From Isurus oxyrinchus (Eukaryota), in NCBI GenBank assembly GCA_026770705.1, contig JANJGN010000151.1, forward strand, positions 1-64,000: a stretch of 64,000 nt of DNA, in the 5' to 3' direction. Below the pieces are notes generated by a model. That model did no database searches, was not told where the DNA came from, and saw nothing but the letters and a program-made list of their open reading frames with translations. Shown here in pieces: positions 51,640-64,000 of the stretch (positions are counted from its first letter, which is position 1; every line of letters begins with the position of its first letter). A program made the position numbers and the translations under genes.

Positions 51640-52419
51640 CTGAAATAAAAATGAACCGAGGGCTAACTATAACTTTAACTGTGTTAGAATGTCTAATAAC
51701 ACCACATAAGTGTAAACAGATACCAGGCATGGCCGTACCTACCGAACACCAATCAGAATATAACGGGATGACGGTACGACTTGAGATCTATTATGATGCA
51801 ACAACAGCTCCTTGGAAGAGCAGTTTTATTTGCTGTTGTAATCTGTTAAATAACCGTGGAAAAACGGGTTGGCATATATGTAGAGCAGGAGATGAGGAAG
51901 CAATTCTGCTGTTATCAAAATGTAACAAATCAATTATCTGGGTTTGAACAGGAGAACTGTCTCGTTCTCCTGCCGCATCTGACGGCATCACTCAGAATAT
52001 AATTCATATAGGAGCAGGAGAGACCCGGGTTGTGTAGACCACCGCGCTGGGCGGGCTTTGTGTTTGAAAATTCGCCCCGCCATCACTGCCTTGTCGTCGT
52101 GCTCAAAAAAGTAATATTTTTGCGATGTAAGGCAACTCATCATATTCCAAAAGCAGGAAAAGAATTAATGAATGAGAGTGCACGAGGGAAAGTGGAGGAG
52201 AGGAGAGAAAAAACTGGAATAGAGAAAGAACAAAAACCAAAGATTTCAAATATACAGTAAAACTGAACGAAAAACTGACAAAAGCAAGAAAGATAACGCC
52301 TGGTATTTGTCATTCTGTACCCGCTGTTTCTCGCATTGCCTTGCATCTTTTCTGGTGATGTGGAAAGCGCTATGAAGGCCCGTATTTAACACACGTTTCT
52401 ACTTCCCACCAGGGAACAA

Positions 52420-53010
52420 CCTTCTTGAACCACAGCAGCTCCTCTGCTGAAGTTGAACACACAATGCTGTCAGCTAGGATTTACAAAATTAAGAGCCAGG
52501 ATCGATGAAGGACCGGCGATATATATAAGTTGGAATTATGTTTGACTTGGAGGGGAAAGTGGATGTGATGGTTCTTACCATGTTCCCGTTGCCCTTCCAA
52601 GTGATTGAGATCATGGGCTTGGGGGGTACTTACCACCGATGCACAGTAGCAGCAGTCTGTACCATCTACAAGGTGCACTGCAGAAACTCTCCGAGGGTAG
52701 ACGACATTACCTTCCAAATCCACGATCGCTACCACCTAGAAGGACAAGGGCAGACAGATAGACCGTAACACCACCACCTGGAAGTTCCCCTCCAAGTCAA
52801 TCACCATCCGAACTTGGAAATATATCCACTAGTCCTTCAATTACTGGGTCAAAATCCTGGCACTCCTTTCCTTACAGCACTGTGGGCGTACCTACACCAC
52901 ATGGACTGCAGCGGTTAAAGAAGGCAGCTCCCCCCACCTTCTAAAAGGCAACTTGGGATGGGCAATGATTGCTTCCCCAGCCAGCGAAGCCCATAAATTA
53001 ATAAAATAAA
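52420..53010. mobile_element. Two second-family LINE 3' fragments in opposite orientation
   Basis: About 52420-52625 minus and 52630-53010 plus; both match 59300-59650. Confidence 0.7.
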
Positions 53011-54318
53011 GGCTTTGTGTGCTGCTGCAGTGCATCCTATGGGCTTCACACCCCACAGCTGCGATTGGGAATCAGGATTCAACCTCTGATGTGCTGCTGT
53101 AGCCACGGGTGCTCAGGATGTTCTTGGGGAACTGACTGTAGGTCATACCATGGAAGGTCAAATGGAGGTGGCCGTGCGTCTAATCAATGTAAGCTTACGT
53201 GGCTGTATTTTCATAGATTATTGATAGTTCGGGTCATTCGATTCGTCAAGCAAATGGATATCTTAGCTTGGAACTATATCTATACTCTCTATCACTGTTT
53301 ATGTAGCTCTTTCTCCATTTATATAATATGATTCACGGTTTCTGTTATTGCTGCACTGATGAAACACCTGTTTAAATTACAGAAGAGCCCGTAATTAAGT
53401 TTATTCTAGCATTGCATCTATTTCACGTGATATTACACAAGAACCCCGCCGCAGTTATTACTGCTGCAGAATCAGAGCTGAGTTTGTCTCAACTTGTCCC
53501 CTCGAAATTTGACCATGGTGGAATTCAAGCCCACAAGCCTTGAATGCCTTACCCATGCATAGAATAGAGTGACAACCAATTGCCCTATGCAGCTACACTT
53601 GATTTTGTAATGCTATTATAATATAGTATTTCATAATACCATGCATTGTATTATAATATAATAATTTATATTACATTTGGCCATGTGCCAGATGTTGCTG
53701 CATAAATGCATGCCGTTGTTTATGTTACATCAGACTTTGTCTCCTGGTTTTTACTATATTGGGCCCTGGCTCCGTTTATATTTCATTACGCCATGCCTCT
53801 GATTCTATCACATGAACGTCTGTCTGGTGTAATGAAAACACCTGTAAACGGGGAGTGTCGCTTGACACAATAGTCTCCGTGTTGCAACCGTGCACTGAAA
53901 ATATCTGCAAAATTTCGATGCACTCTTTGTTCGTTCCAGACGTTTACAATGCGCCATAAGAGGGGCGCAAGTGAGCCTCCGCCACAAGAAACTGAGCTGC
54001 AGCTGTTCATCCCACTCCACCGGCAGAGATGGTTTTGTTCGTTTCTTCACTGCCAGTCTCTTCCTAAGTAACTGCACACCTTCTCACGGAAGTCTTCTCG
54101 GAATTCATAACAGTAATATTGGCACTTCCATACTTAATTCCTTTTCATCTCTTGTCTCTCGTGGTTTGCGTTGAAAAACTTCACTGAGTGAAATTCACTG
54201 GCAAATTCTGAATCATTTTAGATAAACTCCGGGGCCTGTAGTAGAGGGTGTTCGTCAGCAGGTGGTGAGAGTGATTTTACTGACATTGAAAACTGAAACC
54301 AATTTTGTTGAGTGCAGA

Positions 54319-54392
54319 GATAAAAACAAAGAAAACTGCGGATGCTGGAAATCCAAAACAAAAACAGAATTACCTGGAAAAACTCAGCAGGT
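54319..54392 (-). mobile_element. Penelope extreme 3' end (74 bp)
   Basis: Matches 45014-45087. Confidence 0.9.
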
Positions 54393-55227
54393 TGAATACA
54401 GGTCATTCTGTGCGCTGTCGGCGAAAGTAATAGTATTGGTACAGAGATTGGAATTACACAAATTATTGTTTAGACTAATTGTAAACGAGCATATATCGCT
54501 GGAACTTATCTGAAGGGAAAACAGGTATTACATTTATTCGAAACCACACTTTCAGAAGCATACAATAGTATTGGAGCGGGCCCAGAAGATATTTATCCAG
54601 ATTGAACCAGAGATGAGATACCTCGGGTATCTAAAGAGATTAGAGAAACAGGGATTTCTTCCTTAGGGCAGGGAATCTTAGAGGGGGATTATACCAGAGG
54701 TTTCTAAATTTCTGAAAGGTTGTTTCACAGAATTGTTAGTGAGATGCTAATTCCACTGGCAGCAGGATCGGTAGCCAATGTTCAGACAATTCGTAGAGAA
54801 ATAAAGGGGAAAAGTCATATTTTTTTATGCAGCGAATTGTTGTGAGCTGGGCTTTATTTCCTTTAGGGGAATGGAACTATATTCAGTTGGGACTTTAAAA
54901 AGGAAATTGTACAGATGCTTGCAAGTGGAAGAGGTGCAGGGGTTTGGAGAAAGAGAAGGAGAGTACATCTAATTATAAGAATTTTTTTCCAGGGAACGGG
55001 CACAGTTTTCATGGGGTGGGTGGGCTCCATCTTTCCTTTCGGCTTGATGAGCCCATAAATTGAAATTGGATGATTTAAGGTTAGCAATTGTATTCTTCAG
55101 GCTGCTTTATGTGATATTAGCATAGGGATGCTTAACAGAAACTGTGTCAGCGAATGAAATGGTATATTTGTAAATATAAGATATGACCTCAAGCCTTTCA
55201 GCTCTTTAGTAGCGAAAATGACTTACA

Positions 55228-57520
55228 TTGAAACATAGAAACTAGGAGCAGGAGTAGGCCATTTGGCCCTTCGAGCCTGCTCCATCATTCAATATGATCA
55301 TGGCTGATCATCGAACTCAATAGCCTGCTCCAGCTTTCTCCCCACATCATTTGAGCCCTTTCACCCCAAAAGCTATGTCTAACTCCTTATTGAGAACATA
55401 CAATGTTTTGGCCTCAACTACTGTCTTTGGTAGCAAATTTCACACGCTCACTACTCTCTGGGTGAAGAAATTTCTCCTCATATCAGTCCTAAATGGTCTA
55501 CCCCGTATCCACAGACTGTGACCCCTGGTTGTAGACTCCTCCACCATCGGGAACATCCTTCCTGCATCTACCCTGTCTAGACCTGTTAGAATTCTATATG
55601 TTTCTATGAGATCCCCCCCCCCCCACCAATTCTTCTGAACTTCAGCGAATGTAATCCTAACCGACTCAATCTCTCCTCATATGTCAGTCCCGACATCCCA
55701 GGAATCAGTCTGAGTAAACATCGCCGTACTCCATCTATAGCAAGAATACCCTTCGTCAGAATGGAGACCAAAACTGCAGACAATATTCCAAAGGTGGTCT
55801 CACCAAGGCCCTGTATAATTGCAGCAAGACACCCTGCTCCTGTACTCGAATCCTGTCGCTATGAAGGCCAACTTACCATTTGCCTTCTTTACCGCCTGGT
55901 GTACCTGCATGCTTACTTTCAATGACTGATGCACGAGGACATCCAGGTCTCGTTACACATTCCCCTTCCAATGTATAGCCATTCAGATAATAACCTGCCT
56001 TATTGTTTTTGCTACCAAAGTGGATAACATCACATTTTTGCACATTATATTGCATCTGCCATGCATTTGCCTATTCACTCAACTTTTCCAAATCTTACTG
56101 AAGCATCTCTGCATCCTCTGCAAAGCTCACCCTCCCACCCAACTTTGTGTCATCGACAAATTTGGAGATATTACATTTAGCTCCTTCATCTAAATCATTA
56201 ATATATACCAATCGCTGCGGTACCCCACGAATCACTGCTGCCATTTGGAAAAAGGCCCATTTATTCCAACTCTTTGTTTCCTGTCTGCCAAACAGTTTTC
56301 TATCTATCTCAAAACACTACTCCCAGTCCCATGTGCTTTAATTTTAAACGCTAATCCCTTATGTGGGACTTTGTCGAAGCCTTCTGAAAATCCAAATCCA
56401 CTGGGCCCCCCTCATCAACTCTACTCGTTAAATTCTCGAAAACTTCCAGTAGATTTGTCAAGCATGATTTCCCATTCGTAAATCCATGCTGACTCTGTCC
56501 GAATCTGTCACTGTTTTCCAAGTGCTCAGCTATTAAATTTTTCTAATAGACTTTTGAATTTTCCCCATTACGGACGTCAGGCTGACTGGTTTATAATTCC
56601 CGCTTTTCTCCCAACTTCCCTTTTGGAATGGCGGGGTTACATTAACTAACCTCCAATCTGCAGGAACTGGTCCAGAGTATATAGAATCTCGGAAGATGAC
56701 CACCAATGCTTCCATAATATTTGGGCCACTTTCTTAAGCACTCTGGGATATAGATTATCAGGCCCTGGGGGTTTATCGGCCTTCAATCCCATCAATTTCC
56801 ACAACACCAACTCCCTACTAATACTGATTTCTTTCAGTTCCTCGCTTTCACTAAACCATGTGTTTCACAAGATTCCTTGTTATTTTTGTCCTCCATTTTG
56901 AAGGCAAAGTATGTACTTAGTTGGTCGGCCATTTGTTTGTTCCCCATTATAAATTCCCCTGTTTCTTACTATAAGGGGCCTACATTTGTCTTCACCAATC
57001 TTTTTCTCTTCACATACCTAGAGCAACTTTTACAGTCAGTTTTTATGTTCCCCGCAAGCTTACTTTCTGGCTCTATTTTCCCCTTCTTAATCAATTGCTT
57101 GGTCCTCCTTTGCTGAATTCTAGAGTGCTTCCAAACCTCAAGCCTGTTGTTTTTTCTGGCCAATATGTATGACTCTTCCTTGGATCTAACACAAACTCTA
57201 ATTTCCCCTGTAAGCCATGGTTTGGCCACCTTTCATATTTTACTTATGCGCCAGACAGGAATAAACAATTGTTTCAGTTCACCCATGCGCTGTTTGAACG
57301 TTTGCCAATGCCTATCCACCTCTGTCCCTTTAAGTATTGTTTCTCAATCCATCATAGCCAACTCGCACCTCAAACCATCGTAGTTTCCTTTATTAAGATT
57401 CAGGGCCCTAGTCTCAGAATCAACTACGTCACTCTTCATCTTGATGAAGAATTCTATCATATTATGGTCGCTCATCCCCAAGGGGCCTCGCACAAGTAGA
57501 TTGCCAATTATTCCTTTCTG
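55228..57520 (-). mobile_element. CR1-type LINE, 5'-truncated
   Basis: Reverse-complement homologue of 2090-4398. Confidence 0.92.
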
Positions 57521-58509
57521 ATTGTGCTGATTTGAGAGTCATCTCATTGTGGATTCCACCTCAAATTCAGAACCTGAGCATAACTACCAGAATTCTAATC
57601 GGGTTATTGAAAAGGTGCTATCTTTTTGGAGAGATCATGACCCTTGGCTGTTCTGGTAGGACTTAAAGCTCGCATGGTCCTACACAATATATTGGTCAAT
57701 ATCCCCCTCTTGACCTTAAATAACCAAAGATACATTGTTGGGGTCTGAGACACTTTCCTCTGTCGTTGATGTTTCTGTGCATGAAGCTCATCTTCAAGTA
57801 GTGCACTTAAAACCCATTTTACCTCCTGCGGAACGTGATGGGGTGGTAGGTCAGTGTCTGTTGACCTGCTAATCAATGACTTGCACAGCATTTGTACATT
57901 AATTACAATGTCAAATTTTGAACTAGTGCTGAAAATAAAAATGTGCTGTAGAAATAATGAGGCAGTGCTGTAGTGGCGCATTTGAAATCTGTAGACACGT
58001 ACTGGCAGCCGAACGGAGCTACTGCTCATAGTGCACAAGGACCTATCTCTGTCATTACTGTACAAGAGCATGTCATTGTCCTTAGTCCGCTCGAACTTAT
58101 CTCAGTTGCACTGTACCAAATCATATTTTTGTTTATATTACACTAAACACTGGAACACGAATGATTGCACTCAGCCACGTTTCTCTATTAATGTAAAAAT
58201 AATGAGACAGTTCTACATAAAAATATACGATATAGGAATATATTAGGCAATCAACCATTCGAGTCCTCACTACCAAGCAGTAAATTTATGGTTCATGTTC
58301 TGCCTCAGTTCCACGTTACAGGAATATCCCCATATTCTTTAATTCTTTTTGTCACCAGAAACCCCACAGTTCAATGGGTACAGAAACCTCAGTCCCAAAT
58401 TGTCAACCCTGTATGCTGAGATTGTGAGCCTTGGTACTAGATTCCCCGGTGAAGCCGACATCCTCGCAGCTCCTTAAAAATTATATGTGAGATCCCCTCT
58501 CATTATTAT

Positions 58510-59655
58510 CAGAGGACAGTTGAAAGCGACTGCCCTTGACATGAAGGCAGCATTTGACTGAATGTGGCGTCAAGGGGCCCTGGCAAAACTGGAATCAACG
58601 GGTATTTGGGAGAAAGCTCTCCGCTGGTTGGAGTCATACACAGCACAAAAGAAGATCGTTGTGGCTGTTAAAAGCCAATCATCTCAGTTCTGGGACATCA
58701 CTGCAGGAGTTCCTCAGGGTCGTGCCCTCAGCCCCACCATCTTCAGCTGCTTCATCAATGACCTTACTTAGATGAGAAGGTTAGAAGTGATGAGGTCCAC
58801 TGATGATTACACAATGTTCAACACCATTCACGACTCCTCAGGTACTGAGGCAGTCCATGTCCAAATGCAGCAAGACCTAGCCAATGTCCAGACTTGGGCT
58901 GATAAGTGGTAAGTAACATTGACGCCACACACGTACCAGGCAATGAACATCTCCAACAAGAAAGAATCTGACCATGGCCTCTTGATGTGCAAAGGCATTG
59001 CCATCTCAGAATCCCCACATATCAACATCCTGGGTGTTATCATTGACCAGAAACTGAACTGGACTAGCCACATGAATACTATGCCTGCAAGAGCAGGCCA
59101 GAAGCTAGGAGTCGTACGTCAAGTAATTCACCCCCTGACTCACTAAAGCCTGTCCACTATCCACAAGGCACAAGTCACGGGTGTTTTGGAATAATCTCCA
59201 TTTGTTTGGATGAGCACCGCAATCAAGCTTGATGCGGCCCCTGATCAAACAACCCACTTGTTTGACACCCCATCAACAAACATTCACTCCCTCCACCACC
59301 GACGCACATCAACAAGCTGCACTGCAGGAATTCACCAATGCTCCTTAGACAGCAACTTCCAAACTCAGGACCACGACTAGCAAGAAGGGCAACACAGCAG
59401 ACACATAGGATTGCCACCATTAGGAATCATCCCATCCAAGACACCCAGCATTCTAACTTGGGAAAATATCACGGTCTTTCACTGTCTTTGGGTCAAAATC
59501 CTGGAACCCCATCTGTAACTGTACTCTGGGTGTACCTGCACCACAGGGACCTCAGGGATTCCGCAAGGCAGCTCACGAACCCCTTCTCAAGGGCAATTAG
59601 GGATGGGCAAAAAATGCTGGCCCAGTCAACGAAGTTCACATCCTTTAAAAAAAAA
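58510..59655 (+). mobile_element. Second LINE family (CR1/L2-group) RT and 3' end
   Basis: LDMKAAFD*MWRQG, GVPQG..LSPTIFSCFINDL, ILGVIIDQKLNW. Confidence 0.88.
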
Positions 59656-60239
59656 AATTTAAAAAGTTCAGTGAAATGTGTGCAAAGCCGACTTAACCTC
59701 TCATCATGAGACAAGCACCTCATCCCAGGAATTAATGTGGTCAACCTTTGTCACATCCTCTCTAAGGCAAATACATCCTTCCTTAGGTTTGAAGACCAAA
59801 ACTGTACACTGTACCCGAGGTAATCTCACCAAGGCCTTATACAATTGCTGTAAGACTTCTAAACTCATACTCTAATCCATTTCAAAAATGGCTAACATAC
59901 CATTTGATTTCCTAACCGCATACTGTGCCAGAATTTTAACTTTCCGTGATCTATAACTAATGCCATGTCCCCCCGTCCCCTCAGCACCACTACCAAGTGC
60001 AGAATTTCACGCTTGGTCCGTCTTCTGTGCTGCTTCCACACTTTTAACTGGTTTGTATTCCTTTACAGAATCTTAGAGTCCTCCTGAGAGCTATCATTTC
60101 CATTAACATTGTGGCATCGGTGAACTAGGGTCATTGCATTCAGCGTCCACCCGATGGCAGTAGGACCATTCCTTCATTTGTATTTCAGCAGGCTATGTTA
60201 AAAATGTATTAGACGATGCCACTGTTTTTAAAGGTTGTC

Positions 60240-62230
60240 CTCTCTCAGTTTTTAATTCACTAGACCATGCCTCTGATCATTTTAAACCAGATCATATTTC
60301 TGTTTATATTAGACTAAGTGGTATTTTACTACAGCAGGAGAATCGCCCCCTGCTCGTATCACACTAGGTCCTGCTTTATTTAATACTGCACTAGGCTATA
60401 GTTCTGTTAACTTGCATCCTGTCTTTGTCGTAAACTGTGAAGTGTCCATTTGCAAATTATTCCAGGCCTTATCTCAGTTTTCATTATACTAGATTCTCTC
60501 TCTGTCCATATTACCACGGACATTTATCTGATTTCATATCACACTATATCATGTTTTGACATAATATCCCAGAACACCATGCCATTGTTCTATCTCCTAC
60601 AGACTCGGTCTCAGTGCAGTTCCATTGTTGCTGCACGAGATCACATGTCATTCTATGTTGGACTTGTCTCTTGCGTCTTTGCACCCGTCTCTATCTCAGC
60701 TCCTTCTACTCTTTAACATGTGTCAGGCCATCTCTTAATTGTTACTCCGCTCGACCATGTGTCTGTTTGCTTTCGGGCGGAACCGGCGTCAGTTTATTAT
60801 TATAAAAACAAAGAGAACTGCGGATGCTGGAAATCCAAAACAAAAACAGAATTACCTGGAAAAACTCAGCAGGTCTGGCAGCATCGGCGGAGAAGAAAAG
60901 AGTTGACGTTTCGAGTCTTCATGACCCTTCGACAGAACTTGAATCAAGTTCTGTCGAAGGGTCATGAAGACTCGAAACGTCAACTCTTTTCTTCTCCGCC
61001 GATGCTGCCAGACCTGCTGAGTTTTTCCAGGTAATTCTGTTTTTGTGTCAGTTTATTATTGCCGTCCAACACATCCCTTCTGACATTACTGTCGGCCAGG
61101 TCTTAGACATTAATGAATTAAATTATGCTTCAGCTATATTACACTGGGGGATGATTCAGTTAATCGTGCAGTCGGCCATGTCTCGGTTAAAATGCCAGTA
61201 GACACTGTTCCTGTTTATATTAAGCAATAGCATGACACTTCGTATGTTGCTCTGGGTATTCGTCATTATTAGATTGGATAAAGTCACTGTTTACAATAAT
61301 TGAGGACCTGCCTCTGGACTCTGTCCTTGTTCATATTACACAAGCTTCCAGCCACGTTTATATTGCAGTAGACGCTGTTCTACATATTACATTACATTGT
61401 TGAACTGTTTAAGTTACACTAATCCTATCTCAGTTATTGGTGTAAGAATATGATCTCTGTTCGTATTACACAAAACTGTGCCATAGATATTAATGCACTA
61501 GAATGTGTGTTTCAACTTATAAAAGATTCGGCCTTGCCTGTTTTTACGACAGTAGAGCACCTCGCTATTTGTGTTATGCTGGACTGTGCTTAAGCAATTA
61601 TTGCATTAGATGACCTTTCTTTGTTAGCACTGAACTATGTGAGTCGTTCTCTTATGCGTAGCGCTTTTTCTATGCTCTGCTTCAAACCATGTGGTTGCTT
61701 ATATTGCGCAAGACCCTATCTCGGTTTTCACAGCACAAGCCAATGCCATTGTTTACATTAAAATAGATGTGTATCCTTTAACATTGTTTACGGCGGTAGA
61801 CCATTTCTATCGTTATTTTACACTAGACCTTGTATCAGTGAGTACTGCATTGAAGACATTGTTTCTTTATGTTAGACCAGGGTCGGTCAGTGTTTGAACT
61901 TCACCACTGGTTGTGCAGTTATATCAGCACTAAATCGTGTCTTCGTTTAATTTACACTAGATGCTTTTTCAGTTTTCACTCCGGTATACCATGCTTATCT
62001 CACAATGCACTGAGTTAGCACTTACTTAGAAAATGTCTCTGTTTAAAATATTTGAAACATTGCTTTCATTTATATTACACAATGTCTGCCTCTGTTATTG
62101 CAGTACGACACTAAACATTTATTTATAATACTCCTGATTATGTGTCTATTTATATTACAGTGGGTTTTGTGGCACCTAGTGTTCCACTAGTATGACGTAA
62201 GCATGCACACTAGTGATCTTTGCTGTCCCA
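60240..62230 (+). repeat. Highly degenerate minisatellite of about 29-30 bp (TGTTTATATTACACTAG core)
   Basis: Core variants recur throughout, e.g. near 60301, 60355, 60480, 61135, 61330, 61460, 61815, 61950, 62070 and 62150. Confidence 0.6.
60802..61046. mobile_element. 245-bp Penelope-derived palindrome with a 14-bp TSD
   Basis: Two inverted 3' ends meeting at 60943; TSD GTCAGTTTATTATT at 60788-60801 and 61047-61060. Confidence 0.95.
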
Positions 62231-62471
62231 ACCAGACTGACGCTAACTGCGTTTGTTTCTTGCTTACGTTTATCACCTGGTAATTTCTGCTGTTTGTAAC
62301 TGAGCAACTTTCCGGATGTCATTGAGTTGATCGTGTGCCAAGGAAGCAAACCTTGATTAAGCACGTGCTCGGCAAGACTTTAACATTAGAGTCAGGAATA
62401 TTTTGCCAGGACTTTAGAGCTGACGCCTGTTGAGCTGTTCCAGATCTCCTTTTTAATAGGTATACAGGGAC

Positions 62472-62985
62472 ATGTGAGCCCTGTTTTGATGTGACTTATC
62501 ATTCTTCCCCTTTTAATCTGTAAGTATTAAAATGATTTCCCTTTCTCTGGTGTAAATTATCCAAACGCCCTTTATAATAGTTATACCGTAATTGTGGACT
62601 GGAATGCTCGTAATCACTAAGTGTGTTAACAACTGTTTTCTATATTATTTTACAGGTAAAACCCGAGGGAGTTCGGTAGTGCAGAGATAACATGAGTTGA
62701 AGTTACATGAGGAAGATAATCCGCAATTGAACTGTGAGTACAACTCCAGTTCTGATGGATCCATTTTGCTGCACCCGAACCAGGCATCCCTTTTTCTGTT
62801 GTACTGTGATAAAACCAGGCGCAGGGATGCCGAGTTTGCGAACGGAAAATTCGATGCTCGTCATTTCCGTCATTATCAAGCTTTGCGTTTGCCAATTTCT
62901 ATAGCGGAGCCTAAAGACAGCGCCATCTATTTCTGCGGATTGAGGATCACAGTATGACAAAGCCGCTCTACTCCGTACAAAAACA
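62472..62985 (+). pseudogene. TCR alpha/delta V pseudogene with 22-spacer RSS
   Basis: Decayed leader 62472-62519. V from 62656: SVVQR*HELKLHEEDNPQLNCEYN (WYRQ deleted)...FANGKF...DSAIYFCGLR; CACAGTA (62948) + 22 + ACAAAAACA. Confidence 0.9.
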
Positions 62986-64000
62986 TCGTTATACCAGAGA
63001 AAAGCTGGAGAGAGAAGCAAAGGCATCTGCCACGGAGCGACTCTTCAAAAATAAAATTTCTCATTGAGAAAATGATGAGAAACACATTTTTCATGTTCTA
63101 ACACAATGGTGTCAAGGATTACGGATATCATTTAGCTCGAGTGAATCGAGAAACCTGTTTTTCCCATGGAACAGAGAACCTAAGGGGAATTTTAATTGAG
63201 GTGACCAAAGCTATGAAAATTTTCTTATAAAGTACATGAGAGGAAATCATTTCTTCTGGCAGGAGGGTCGATAATCAGATGGTATCGATTTAAGGTAATC
63301 ATTCCGGGGAGGGCGGGGACGAAGGGTGTGTGTGAGGATTTATGAGTTGTTTCAAGGCGAGTTATTGTGATCTTGAAAGCCTTCCTGAAAGCATGATGGT
63401 AGCAGGTACAATATTAAGCAATTGGATAAATGTTTCAAAATGAAACATGCAGGTCTACGGCAAAAGAAAATAGCCTGGGGTTTATTGGATAACTCCTGCA
63501 GGCTTCAAGCTTAACCAAATGACCTCTTTATGTACTGTGTTATCAATTAATCCTACAAACCACAGTCAATTCTCATTCCGGTGTAAGCTGTACTGTGGAG
63601 CACTTTCACCATACACACTCTGGCGGTTGGAGAGAAGGCTCATCATAACATTCTTATGTGAAGCGTGGGATGGGCAATAAATGCCGATCTTGCCAGCATC
63701 GCCCATAACTGGGCAATGGCTAGAACAACACTGGGAAAAGCAGCTGTTCCCTTATGACAATCATCATGTGATTTCTTCCTCAGTGTCTCTTATTCACCCT
63801 TCCCTTCATTATTTGTGTCTCTTCCGTCTTTTTCAGTCCTGTTATTACCTCTCCTAGTTTCTCTGGTTCGCTATTTCCCTCCTGCAACATGAAGAATGTA
63901 CAATTGTTCCTTAAATGACCTCATTATTTTCTCTTCTGACCAAGAAGTCTGAGGAGGGGAGGGAGGGGCAAATTGCCAAACACAAACCCCATCCAGAATA

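Noticed and set aside
53850-53930. Minus-strand HGDYCVKR + CAC as a V end
   Set aside because: No nonamer and no WYRQ or Cys23 upstream.

Overview
Vertebrate, almost certainly cartilaginous-fish (shark-type), genomic DNA from a T-cell receptor alpha/delta V-segment region. There are no rRNA, tRNA or CRISPR features. I read about 15 Ig-superfamily V segments on both strands, and nearly all are pseudogenes. Only one (30302-30817, minus) keeps its leader, splice sites, open frame and a good 23-RSS, and even that one lacks the canonical Cys23 and Trp41. The left end holds a decayed NAR-TCR-type cassette on the minus strand: leader, IgNAR-like V with a 22-RSS, a J-like segment, and a leaderless supporting V-delta stub. 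That stub runs straight into a 62-bp tandem array in which each unit is a 23-spacer recombination signal; one is perfect consensus and the array continues into an assembly gap. An intact two-exon GPR139/142-like GPCR (329 aa) sits among the dead V genes. The rest is mostly retroelements: CR1-type LINEs, a second LINE family with its partner SINE, and Penelope-like elements inserted as TSD-flanked palindromes (4.5 kb and 245 bp) carrying a variant minimal hammerhead motif. All calls are by eye, without database searches.
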